Assembly (NCBI GenBank): GCA_951406725.2
Contig: OX597834.1
Coordinates: 40,072,001 to 40,134,000 of the forward strand
Length of the DNA stretch: 62,000 nucleotides
Source of the DNA: Octopus vulgaris
Lineage: Eukaryota
Reading direction: 5' to 3'
Part shown: piece after piece, positions 51,121 to 62,000 of the stretch
Numbering within the stretch: the stretch's first letter is position 1
How the letters are laid out: each line of letters opens with the position of its first letter
Position numbers and translations under genes: made by a program
The notes under the pieces: model-generated
Seen by the model: the letters and a program-made list of their open reading frames with translations, nothing else
Database searches by the model: none
What the model was told of the DNA's origin: nothing

Positions 51121-51240
51121 TCAAGTTTATAGCTTATCATATCTTAGCACAGCCCCTAACCTCGCTCCTGCTCCTAAGGATCATCAGTGAACCTTGGTTT
51201 AGTTCTAATGATCCAAAAGAAATGACCATTAAATTGTTGC

Positions 51241-51544
51241 TTAATCCTCAAGCATTCAGATTAGCTATCAAATATGATGATTATTTAATCAAATATGGTT
51301 GGAATTAATCATGCATTATCTCATAGCTTTGAGATTTTGATGTGATTTTCTTTTTAGAATGGCTTTGTAAGACAGGTGTGAGAAGCCAGATCTGGTCAAT
51401 TTGATCATAAAACAGGCAGAATATTTTAGCCTGATCTGGTTCACAAGTCCTTACTTAAATCGTCCAACCCATGCCAGCATGGAAAGCAGACGTTAAATGA
51501 TGATGATAATTATGATATGGCTGGTTAAAATGCTAAAGGATTAT
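51241..51544. mobile_element. piggyBac-like MITE interrupted by an E 3' end (about 51455-51510)
   Basis: Homologous to 21007-21224. Confidence 0.6.
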
Positions 51545-51775
51545 AGAGTCATTTCAAATGTTTGGTCTCCACTGTATCCTGGTAACTCATTACATGTTGT
51601 TATAGACTGGATTTGGTCCACAGCTTTTCATTCAGCATTTCTCAAAACAAAAGCCTTGCTTCCAAAGGCTCTGCGATCCATCACCAATAAGACATTGGTT
51701 AGCTGAACCCACATTAGATGGCAGCACAAGATATCGATTGGTCAAGCCAAGCCTACAGTGAAAGACATACCAAGT

Positions 51776-51901
51776 ACCAGACAGTGAGGTTGAACATGGA
51801 ACCACATGGCTACAAATTAAACATCTAAACCACGCAGCACCAGACAGTGAGGTTGAACATGGAACCACATGGCTACAAATTAAACATCTAAACCACGCAG
51901 C
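51776..51901 (-). repeat. Perfect 63-bp tandem duplication of a B-type tRNA-like head
   Basis: ACCAGACAGTGAGGTTGAACATGG...CCACGCAGC at 51776 and 51839. Confidence 0.9.
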
Positions 51902-51992
51902 CATGCTTGCATACCTATATAGTGGACTCTCCCATCACAAAAAGAAAACCGGATGAGCAATCCATAGCAATTTATTGCTGAACAATCTGCAC

Positions 51993-52256
51993 AGGTTTCC
52001 CGGTTTCTGTGGCGTGTTGGTTCCCCACCTGGATGCGACGCCAGTCCGTCGCAGGTGAGCTGCAAGATGCAGGAGGAAAGAGTGAGAGAAACCTGTGACA
52101 AAAGAGTCAGCAGAAGTTTGCCATTGCCTTCTGCCGGAACCACGTGGAGCTTAGGTGTTTCGCTCATAAACACACACACCGCTCAGTCTGAGATTCGAAC
52201 CCGCGATCCCTCGACCATGAGTCCGCTGCTCTAACCACTAGGCCATGTGCCTCCAC
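51993..52256 (-). mobile_element. SINE family D (tail type 1)
   Basis: Similarity to 26621-26930. Confidence 0.85.
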
Positions 52257-53043
52257 ATCAAATGTTTGTGCTGCACATTAACCTCGCTCCTTCCATCGAA
52301 TCAACATTTCCTCCATGGGTGCACAGTGTGCCACATGTCAGATGTTGAAGTGACCACAAAGTAACGTGAAATGAAGTAAACAGATAAAAGATAAAAGCAA
52401 TGATGGTGGTGGTGGTGATGGTGATGATGATGATGATATATAAGACAGTTGATGACGACAACAATTAGAAGACTATAATTAAAAAAGAAAAAAAACTGCT
52501 CAATAGCACAGTGCACTATGTGGCCCAGGGATTGAAACCACAATCTTACAATTGTGAGTGCAACACACTAATCACTGGACCATGTGTGTACGTGTACACA
52601 TACACACATATATATATATACACACACATACACTTTCAGATGTACATGTATGTATGCACATGTATGCAAGTTGTTAGCAACTTAATATGATGTAAACACA
52701 CACATATATACACACACACACACATAAGTACGTATCTATGTTGTATTGTATACATGTGTTACCAACAGACTGCAGTTAATGCAATTTCATATGTACATGT
52801 GTGTGTGTGTGCGCGTGTGTGTGTGCACATGCTAGCAATTTTACACACATATACGCATGCATACACACAGGAGGGCGGGAGAGAAAGTGTCTATGTATGC
52901 CATATGTGTGTGTGTATATGTATGTATATATATATATATATGTATGCTACCAATTTTACACACCTAATAAAATGTATTTCATATTATACACACATACACA
53001 CATATGAAAGAGAGAAAGTGTGTCTATATGCATACAAATATAT

Positions 53044-53076
<33 letters not shown>

Positions 53077-53137
53077 TATATACACACACACACATACATA
53101 ATTATATGTTACAAATTTAACACACCTAATATGCATT

Positions 53138-53168
<31 letters not shown>

Positions 53169-53315
53169 CACGTAACAAATGTAACATACCTAATAAGATG
53201 TATTTCATACACACATACACACGTCTATATATTATATTTATATATATATATATCTGTGAATATATATATATATATATACATACACACACACACACACAGA
53301 GTATTTGTATATAAC

Positions 53316-53353
<38 letters not shown>

Positions 53354-53960
53354 CAATTTAACATAGCTAATAAGATGTATTTTTATCATGGAATCCATGA
53401 AGTAACAGAAATTCTGCAGAATATTATTACACCACCATAGTAGAGGATGGAACCGTTCCAAGTTCTAAGCAATGGAAGAGTCCAATTATAGTAACACTAA
53501 AATACAGAAGTATCAATAAAGCCATTTTATTGATCTTTTCGCACAAAGCTCATTTTTTTTTACTTTCGCTATCTTTTTGTTAATTTTTTTTTTTGGGTTG
53601 TTTTTTTTGTGTGTGTATGTTTTTCTCTCTATGCATGTCGCATAAAATAATGAAAACAGAAGTAGCAGACCAAATAACGTTGGTAGCAAACAGACCGTGG
53701 AAGCAGCTAAGATGTAGGGTACCTATTTACAGCCAGGTGGACAGAGCTAGAGAAAGTTTTGTTTATGAGATCTTGTGTCTGTGACTGCCTTAGTATTACA
53801 ACGGTTCAAGTTGTCGAAACAGGGCTGCGTGGTTAAGAAGCTTGCTTTGTAACCATGTAGTCTAGTAGTTTTGAGTTCAATTCCAGTGTGTGGTACCTTG
53901 GGCAAGTGTCTTCTATTATAACCCCAGGCCAACCAAAGACTTGAAGGAATTTGGTAAACA

Positions 53961-54376
53961 AGGCGAGCTGGCAGAAACGTTAGCACGCCGGGCGAAATGC
54001 TTAGCGGTGTTTCGTCTGTTGCTACGTTCTGAGTTCAAATTCCGCCAAGGTCGACTTTGCCTTTCATCCTTTCGGGGTCGATAAATTAAGTACCAGTTAC
54101 GCACTGGTGTCGATGTAATCAACTTAATTTGTTTGTCTGTCCTTGTTTGTCCCCTCTGTGTTTAGCCCCTTGTGGGTAGTAAAGAAATAAGTATTTCATC
54201 GGCCGCTACGTTCTGAGTTCAAATTCCGCCGAGGTCAACTTTGCCTTTCATCCTTTCGGGGTTGATTAAATAGGTACCAGTTACGCACTGGAGTTGATAT
54301 AATCGACTTAATCCCTTTGTCTGTCCTTGTTTGTCCTCTCTGTGTTTAGCCCCTTGTGGCTAGTAAAGAAATAGGT
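53961..54376 (+). mobile_element. Dimeric family C SINE with a single 12-bp TSD, inserted in a B SINE
   Basis: TSD ATTTGGTAAACA at 53949-53960 and 54377-54388; monomer 2 (from about 54191) lacks the A-box region. Confidence 0.9.
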
Positions 54377-54421
54377 ATTTGGTAAACAGAGACTGTGTGG
54401 AAGCCACACACACATACATAT

Positions 54422-54422
<1 letters not shown>

Positions 54423-54514
<92 letters not shown>

Positions 54515-54545
54515 TAGACCGATAGACAGATAGACCGATAGATGA
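54423..54545. repeat. (GATA)n(GACA)n tetranucleotide repeat
   Basis: Direct reading. Confidence 0.97.
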
Positions 54546-54739
54546 GTGTGTGTGTGTTTTAGTCCAAAATGGAGATGAACACCTATTTCTCTGTGATCAG
54601 GTTGAAAAATTGTTAAGATATTTTAACATGAAACCAATGGTAGCCTTAATACACAAATAAATAATCTTTATCCACAAATGCCATGTTGAGCACCCTTTCT
54701 CAATGTTTAACATTACACGTATAAGTGTATGCTGGACTG

Positions 54740-54912
54740 AACTCTACACATTTTTTCATTCTCTCTCTGTTTATCTCCACTGTCTATTTCCTGTTGAAGA
54801 GCACAGGCTCAAAACATAAAACACTTATTCATCTTTCCCAAGCATCAAACTAATATATTTTCATATTGTTCATACACCTGTCTTCATCTTTCGTTTTTCT
54901 ATAAATTTCATC
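54740..54912 (+). mobile_element. Penelope-like terminal repeat relic with hammerhead-like motif (54787-54822)
   Basis: CTGTTGA-A-GAGC-acag-GCTC-AAAA-CAT; homologous to 29500-29648. Confidence 0.55.
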
Positions 54913-54944
54913 TATATAGTATCATTATTATTATTATTATTATT

Positions 54945-55154
54945 GAGTGAGAGAGCAGTTCATGCCATCAAAGTGACACTGGGGTAAAATATAGGAAGCC
55001 CAGTATACCCATCATGACTACCCGTCTGATAAGGGTACACCAGGCACATGCATCACAACCATATGTGCGCGACATGGTGATCTCATATCAAGATAAACAG
55101 CACATGACCTTGCAGGTGGGGCCAAGTTAGAATTTTCTTCAGGTTGAGTAGCCC
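54945..55154 (-). mobile_element. Family A, 5'-truncated, with (ATT)n on both sides
   Basis: The 3'-terminal 210 bp are nearly identical to 460-670; microsatellite flanks both junctions. Confidence 0.9.
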
Positions 55155-55384
55155 ATTATTACTATTATTATTATTATTACTATTATTATTAGTTTCTCAA
55201 CTCCAGTATTTTCTTTTTAATCTTTGTACTTTATCGGTCTCTTTTGCCAAACTGTTAAGTTATGTAAACACATAAACACCTGTTGTCAAGCAGTGGTGGG
55301 GGACAAACACAAAAACACACACACATAAATATACCAGGCACGTGCCATCAGTAATAACTCAGGTCAGGTAGTTGGTGACCTTTA

Positions 55385-55509
55385 TGTAGTAAAACACAAA
55401 AAGTAAGTGAAACACAAGCACGCGACTGAGTTGAAGGCAGATTTACTTCTGCCTTTATAGCACATAAAGAAAACGGTGTTGTAGGAGTGTACGCAGCATG
55501 TGTACTACA
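55385..55509 (-). mobile_element. Possible short solo LTR
   Basis: TGTAGTA...TACTACA inverted termini; minus-strand TATAAA followed by an AAGGCAGA/TCTGCCTT hairpin; no matching TSD. Confidence 0.35.
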
Positions 55510-55569
55510 GCAGTCCTATGTGTAGCTTAAATACTGAGATTGAAAAGTAGGAGAAAATTATGCCTACCA

Positions 55570-55950
55570 TGAGTGGCTGTGTGGTAAGTAGCTTGCTTAC
55601 AAACCACATGGCTCTGGGTTCAGGCCATTTTAGTGTCTATGGCGGAAACCATTTCAGCAAATCAATTAACTTTTTCTGCTGAGAAAATCATGGATTATAC
55701 TTGCATTCCTGCCAGATCTATTCCAATGGCACCTTGGGCAAGTATCTTCTACTATAGCCTTGGGCCAACCAAAGCGTTGTGAGTGGATTTCGCAGATGGA
55801 AACCTGTAACTTAGCAGTTTGGCAAAAGAAACTGACAGGATAAGTACTAGGCTTACAAAGAATAAGCCCTGGGGTCGATTTCTTTGACTAAAGGTGGTGC
55901 TCCAGCATGGCTGCAGTCAAATGACGGAAACAAATAAAAGAATAAAAGAA
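55570..55950 (+). mobile_element. SINE family B, rearranged, with unrelated insert
   Basis: B head at 55570, B tail ending about 55950. Confidence 0.7.
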
Positions 55951-56329
55951 TCTGCAAAAAAATAAATTATTTTGCATTTTATGCAGAGTAATTAGAGAAA
56001 CCACCATAGATTTATTGAATTAGGTCCATATTTTGCCATAAAAGGAAAATGTTGCTATCGATCTATTTTATTCAGGGTAGACATTACCTACCTTGCCTAC
56101 CCAGGTGGCACGTCCCAGGTATATACACACACATATATATATATACATATATACATACTGAATCCAGAACCATGTGATTGGGAAGCAAACATCTGCACCT
56201 GTGTGTGTGTATATATGTGTGTGTGTGTATATATGTGTGTGTGTGTATATATGTGTGTGTGTGTATATATGTGTGTGTGTGTATATATGTGTGTGTGTGT
56301 ACGTGATTTTGTCTCCTTCACGACACATA

Positions 56330-56680
56330 GCAGCAGTGATGACAATGAGACAATGATTGATGATGACAATGGTGGTGGTGATGATGATTATGATGATGAC
56401 AGCAGTAATTGTGATGATGATAATGGTAGTGATGATGATGATGACAATGGTGGTGACGATGATGGTGGAGGTGACGATGGTGATGGTGGTGATGATGATG
56501 ATGATTATGATGATGGTGGTGGTGATAGCAGTAATGGTGATGATGATAATGATAATGATGATGATGATGATAACAATGGTAGTGATGATGATGAGGATGA
56601 TGACAATGGTGATGATGTCGACAGTGGTGATGGTGATGACGGCAGCGGTAGTGATGACAATAATGCTGGCTTTAGGCCAT
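56330..56680. repeat. (GAT/GGT)n low-complexity tract
   Basis: Direct reading. Confidence 0.9.
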
Positions 56681-56747
56681 GCATTTCACGTGGCATCTTG
56701 GAGAGTACAAATGGTATAAAAATAGACCAGCAGAGAAAGGGAGAGAA

Positions 56748-56784
<37 letters not shown>

Positions 56785-57732
56785 GGTGGGGGAGAGAGAG
56801 AGTAAAAGTTGTAGAGTGTGATGTGCTGGAAACTTTCTTGAATTACTATTGGACCATTAACATTATTATTATTATTATTGCTGTTGTCATCATCATCATC
56901 ATCATCATTGTTGTTGCTGTTGTTGTTGCTGTTGTTGATGGTGTGAAACGTTTGAAGTATTGATCCAACTGTGTCATGTTAATGTTAAACAGAAGCACTA
57001 TTGACATTTTGTTAAATTCATTTGTTTCAACTTTCTCGCAACACATTACCCAACACTCTGCTCTGCTCTCTCTCTCTCTCTCTCGCTCTTCTCATCTCTT
57101 CTCTGGTGGTATTTTGGTGGCTGACTCCAAGAACAACAACAACAACAACAATAATAAAAATAATAATCACGTACATCTTCTCACCAACCTCAAAAAGTGT
57201 AGAAGTTTTTATGCTTAATTTTTGGGAGGTTTTTTTTGTTTGTTTTCGGGAGGTTTTTTTTTTCTTTTTATGTTCAGAAATGGTGAATTTACCATCTTCG
57301 TTTTCCAATGTCAATGTTAGTATAATTAACGCAACACATTTCAGATGATGTTAGATATTTTTTTTTTTCCTAATTTTGGTTCCTTGTTTGATTTTTTTTT
57401 TGATTTTTATTATCTTTTTAAACTTTTGAGAAACGATGAGAAAAAGAAAAGGAAACAAAAACAAAAAACACACAAAAAAAAAATAAGAAGAAGGAAATCA
57501 ATTTTTCCTTTCATGTATGGCCGACAGGGTATGTGCTCAACCTTGACTTTTGCAGCATTACATGGATGACTGATTAATTCACCCAGCCTTGCTACATAGA
57601 AGGGTGAGCGGTGGGGCTGAGGGGTATGGAATTAAACATTTAACCCCTTTAAAGACAAAGCATATAAATGCTTCTCAAAGAAACGAAGGAAACATAACCA
57701 GTTTCAAAAGACGGAAAACAGAATATAGTTAT

Positions 57733-57992
57733 TCATCATCATCATCGTTTAGCATCCGTTTTCCATGCTGGCATGGGTTGGACGGTTTGACCGGGGATCT
57801 GGGAAGCCAGAAGGCTGCACCAGACTCCAGTCTTATCTGGCAATGTTTCTACAGCTGGATGCCCTTCCTAACGCCAACCACTCCGAGAGTGTAGTGGGTG
57901 CTTTTTATGTGCCACTGGCACAGCGGCCATGGGAGGCTGGTAACGGCCACGATCGGTTGGTGGTTTTTATGTGCCACCGGCACAGGGGCCAG
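57733..57992 (-). mobile_element. Family E 3' end
   Basis: High similarity to 22881-23128. Confidence 0.8.
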
Positions 57993-58026
57993 AGGTGGTT
58001 CTCACATTCACACACTCATTGCAGCA

Positions 58027-58130
58027 GTCCTTCAGTTTTTCTAAACCCTGTAAAAGAACTTGATAGGTTCAGCCTTCAGTCAGGCCTTTCGTGACACCCT
58101 TAAAGCCAGGAACTTTCCAGCAATCCCTCG
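58027..58130. mobile_element. Right half of the mariner-like MITE family at 39740
   Basis: ...CCCTTAAAGCCAGGAACTTTCCAGCAATCCCTCG|TA. Confidence 0.75.
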
Positions 58131-58439
58131 TACACATGTATACAACAAACACAACCACAGATCCGTAAATGCAATTATTAAATCCCATCAATACACTAAT
58201 TGATGAAATATTTCAACAACACACTCACACACACACACACACACACACACAAAAGAAGAGGCTTAAAGACAGAGCGACATCATAAGCTGAGAGCTTAAGA
58301 GAAGATTTCACAGAATGGTACCAATATTTCTGCGTTCTAAGCACAGGAATATAAACACAGTGGTTCCCTATTTCACAGAGTTACAGACACAGGAATATTC
58401 AATGGCTTTGAAAGATGCCATGAAAGTGTAAAATACACA

Positions 58440-58938
58440 CAGACACACACCTACATAAATATACATATATACACACATATACATGCATATATATATATAC
58501 ATACACATATATTCATACACATACATATATATGCATATACATACACATACATATACATATATATGCATATACATACATATATATATATGCATATACATAC
58601 ATATACATATATACATATGTATACATACACATGTATATGCATACACAAACATATATATACATACACATATTCATATATATACATATACATATGCATACAT
58701 ATACATACATATACATATATATGCATATACATACATATACATACATATATATGCATATACATACATATACATATACAGACATATATATGCATATACATAC
58801 ATATATATTTACATACACATATATATATATATGTGTAAATACACATATATAAGCAAGTATACAAACATATAGATACATATATACACATACATACGTACAT
58901 GTATACATACATTTGTAATGTATACACACATACATACC

Positions 58939-58985
<47 letters not shown>
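58440..58985. repeat. ATATGCATATACATAC-type compound dinucleotide array
   Basis: Direct reading. Confidence 0.9.
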
Positions 58986-58989
<4 letters not shown>

Positions 58990-59926
58990 TTCTTCGTGTA
59001 AACTTATTTATACATTAAAAGTAGACTCTATAGAAACATCTTTTTTTAATTTTTAATCAAAGAACACATTATAATGCAAATGTTGTATACAGTCTTCAAC
59101 CTCGTTAATGAGTCTGCAGATGAATTCACTTTGTAATGTAACGAAGCAATCAGGCACACACATCTATATAAAAGCATAGAAAGTCAGCCGAGATGACAGA
59201 AACGATAAAGGCCAAAGTTGTTGCCATCAAACACTGGCTTTCCAACAGAATATTTGCTGAATGTCAAATTTACATGATAAAACTCTTTAAAATATAATGT
59301 AAGAGAAAAACGAAAGAGAGACAGACAGACAGAGGAAACAAAAATATATGAATAAGTCTATGCAGCAGAGAAAATTTGACTGAAATTAAAACATTTCTTA
59401 TAGAGTAACTAGTTTCATTCATTTTCCATGTTTAAATATTGCAATTTTAAATGTTATTCTAGTATTTGATTTGGATATTGTGGAGACATCTTTTGTAAGA
59501 GAACACAAACCTGGTCGATTGAAACTATCATATAATGGTCTACTTCTATTTATATTATTAATAGTTTGATCAATGAAAATATGAAGGGAAAGGCATGTCT
59601 ATGCAGCTGTGAACTTTATTTTGCAGCCGCATGGTTTCAGCTTTGGTCTCACTGCATAGTACTTTGGGTCAGTCTCTTCTACAATAACCCTGGAACGACT
59701 AAAGCTTTGTGAGTGAATTTGGCTGATGGAAACTGTATATACACGAGTGCGTTTGTGTGTGCCTTTGGGTTTGTCCCCGCCACTACTTGATAAGCAATGT
59801 TGGTTTGTTTACATCCCTGCAACTTGGCAGATCAGGAAAAGAGGTTAAGAGGACAAATACCAGCAGGCTAAATATAAAAAAAAAATGGCTGGGGTTGATT
59901 TGGTTGACTAAAATTCTCCAAATATA

Positions 59927-60350
59927 GGCGTAGGAGTGGCTGTGTGGTAAGTAGCTTGCTTGCCAACCACATGGTTCTGGGTTCAGTCCCACTGCGTGGC
60001 ACCTTGGACAAGTGTCTTCTACTATAGCCTCAGGCCGATCAAAGCCTTGTAAGTGGATTTGGTAGACGGAAACTGAAAGAAGCCCGTTGTATATATGTAT
60101 ATATATATATATACATATATATGTGTGTGTGTATATGTTATTGTGTCTGTGTTTCTCCCTCCAACATTGCTTGACAACCGATGCTGGTGTGTTTACGTCC
60201 TCGTAACTTAGCAGTCCTGCAAAAGAGACCGATAGATTAAGTACTAGGCCTACAAAAAATAAGTCCTGGGGTCGATTTGTTTGACGAAAAGACGGTGCTC
60301 CAGCATGGCCACAGTCAAATGACTGGAACAAGTAAAAGAGTAAAAGAGTA
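59927..60350 (+). mobile_element. SINE family B, full-length, young, nested in an older B copy
   Basis: Complete head to AAAAGAGT x2 tail; the older tail resumes at 60351. Confidence 0.92.
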
Positions 60351-60737
60351 AGGTGGTGCTCCAGTATGGCCATAGTAGACTGAAACAGGCTCAAAGGAAA
60401 GAGTAAAGACAAAACAGGAAAACCACCAAAGTTTCTAAGTGATGCATAAAGCAAGAATGGTAACAACATGGGGGGGGGGAGTTGTTTAAAATAGATTCAA
60501 CAAGGAGAATAGGGCAACCTTCAAATAGGACAACCTTCAAATAAGCATAACTATGTGGTTAAGAAGCTCAGGCTTTCAACCATGTGGCTTTTAGTTCAAT
60601 CCCACGGCACAACACCTTGGCCGACTAAGTGTTTTCTACTACAGACCCAGACTGACCAATGTTTTGTGAGCAAATTTGGTAGGTGGAAACTGTGTAGAAG
60701 CCCACCATATCATGAGTCCAACACCCTAACCACAAAG

Positions 60738-60990
60738 CCATGCACCTCCACAAAGTAAAGTTCCTTCCCGGGACATATGCCCAGTTTCCATGGCATATAA
60801 ATTCCTCACCTGGACAGGACACCGGTCCGTCGCAGGATTACTCCATTTTGCCAGATAAATGGAATGGAGCAATGTGAAATGGAGTGTTTTGCTCAAGAAC
60901 ACAATGCGTCAGCTGGTCCAGGGATCGAAACCACAAGCTTACGATCATGAGTCCAATACCCTGACCACTAAGTCACATGTGCCCCCACAT
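60738..60990 (-). mobile_element. SINE with G-type head and an alternative tail
   Basis: Minus strand GTTTCGATCCC...TTCTTGAGCAAAACAC...CTGCGACGGACCGGTGTCCTGTCCAGG. Confidence 0.72.
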
Positions 60991-61030
60991 GAGCTGACAC
61001 AGGATTGAGATGTGTGGTTATGTATTGTAT

Positions 61031-61267
61031 TTATAAGGCAGCGAGCTGGCAGAATCGTTAGCACGTCGGGCGAAATGCTTAGCGGTATTTCGGCTGCCGT
61101 TACGTTGTGAGTTCAAATTCCACCGAGGTCGACTTTGCCTTTCATCCTTTCGGGGTCGATAAATTAAGTACCAGTTAAGCACTGGGGTCGATATAATCGA
61201 CTTAATACCTATGTCTGTCCATGTTTGTCCCCTCTATGTTTAGCCCCTTGTGGGTAATAATGAAATA
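61031..61267 (+). mobile_element. SINE family C, full-length, with 15-bp TSD
   Basis: TSD GGTTATGTATTGTAT at 61016-61030 and 61268-61282. Confidence 0.92.
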
Positions 61268-61344
61268 GGTTATGTATTGTATGAACCACTGTAACCTCAA
61301 CTCTGTCACTTCAAGACTTATCTTCTTCCGAGCCCCTACGTAGT

Positions 61345-61490
61345 CGTCTTACAAGGTGTATGGAGGGTAATATATGCGGATGTACTGAAAATGGACACCA
61401 GTTAAGCTTATACAAATAAGTTGGGTTCTGGTGCAAGTTGGACCAGGATGTGTGGAGGCGTCTTATCTGGAGAGTCTGAGTCACCACATT
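61345..61490 (+). pseudogene. Possible decayed RTE-like ORF2 extreme C-terminus
   Basis: Frames give MEGNICG and DQDVWRRLI, resembling (EG.I.G / DR..WR.LI); short and weak. Confidence 0.3.
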
Positions 61491-61740
61491 GGCCTTGACT
61501 TGAATAAACTTCAATGAGAATGTATTGGGTTACAATCAGTGTCAGCAGCAGGAATTATTAAAGGATGTTGGTGATAATGGCAGTGCCCCAGCATGGCCAC
61601 AGGCCTTTGCTGAAACTGGTAATAGGATAATGATGTGGAAGATATGCGGTTACTGTTGTTTGTTTATCCCTAGGTCAGCTCTCATTGGTCAACAGATCTA
61701 TCGTCAAAGACATTCCAGCTATGACTACCTCTGTTCATTA

Positions 61741-62000
61741 TCATCATCATTTAACATTCTCTTTCCATGCTAGCATGGGTGGGACAAGCTTGACAAGAGC
61801 TGGAAAGGCCAGGGACCATGCCAAGTCCTATGGTCTGTTTTGGCATGGTGTCAACAGCTGGATGCCCTTCCTAATGCCAACCACTTTATAGAGTATACTA
61901 GGGTTTTTTTTTTATGTGACACCATCAGCAGAGCTTTAAATGTGATGCCACCATCATTGCTTTTTACATGGCACCATCACCAGTGATCTTAAAGTGGCAC
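61741..62000 (-). mobile_element. Family E 3' end, degenerate, running off the window
   Basis: CAGCTGGATGCCCTTCCTAATGCCAACCAC motif and (CAT)n. Confidence 0.7.

Noticed and set aside
59783-60469. 228-aa ORF and similar 60-150 aa ORFs containing [15 protein letters not shown]-like text
   Set aside because: Antisense read-through of family B SINE sequence, recurring wherever B occurs.

Overview
AT-rich, repeat-saturated eukaryotic intronic or intergenic DNA. It is probably from an octopus (inference from the SINE and microsatellite repertoire; not database-checked). I could not support any host protein-coding exon, real tRNA/rRNA gene or CRISPR array. The only long real ORF is a 5'-truncated but uninterrupted CR1-type LINE ORF2 (APE endonuclease + reverse transcriptase, 1261-3912, minus). 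Decayed retroelement coding relics are: an R4/Dong-type restriction-like endonuclease end (7508-7767), an RTE ORF2 end (43076-43590) and a Penelope GIY-YIG end (about 50690-51120). The rest is several tRNA-headed SINE families (called B, C/C', D, G here), a LINE-3'UTR-like repeat (E), DNA-transposon MITEs (mariner-, hAT-, piggyBac- and Helentron-like), and large micro/minisatellite arrays. Nearly all other ORFs in the track are microsatellite artefacts. Two themes stand out. (1) An apparently intact Penelope-type minimal hammerhead ribozyme at 1039-1084 (minus) lies inside a fold-back, with several decayed relatives, including a family with a CUGUUGA-like core. (2) Retroelements sit inside (TAA)n tracts, namely an R4/Dong relic and a 555-565 bp non-coding element (family A) with no recognisable tRNA head, which may be a non-autonomous partner. 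Family letters are my own labels. Ends of degenerate repeats are approximate.
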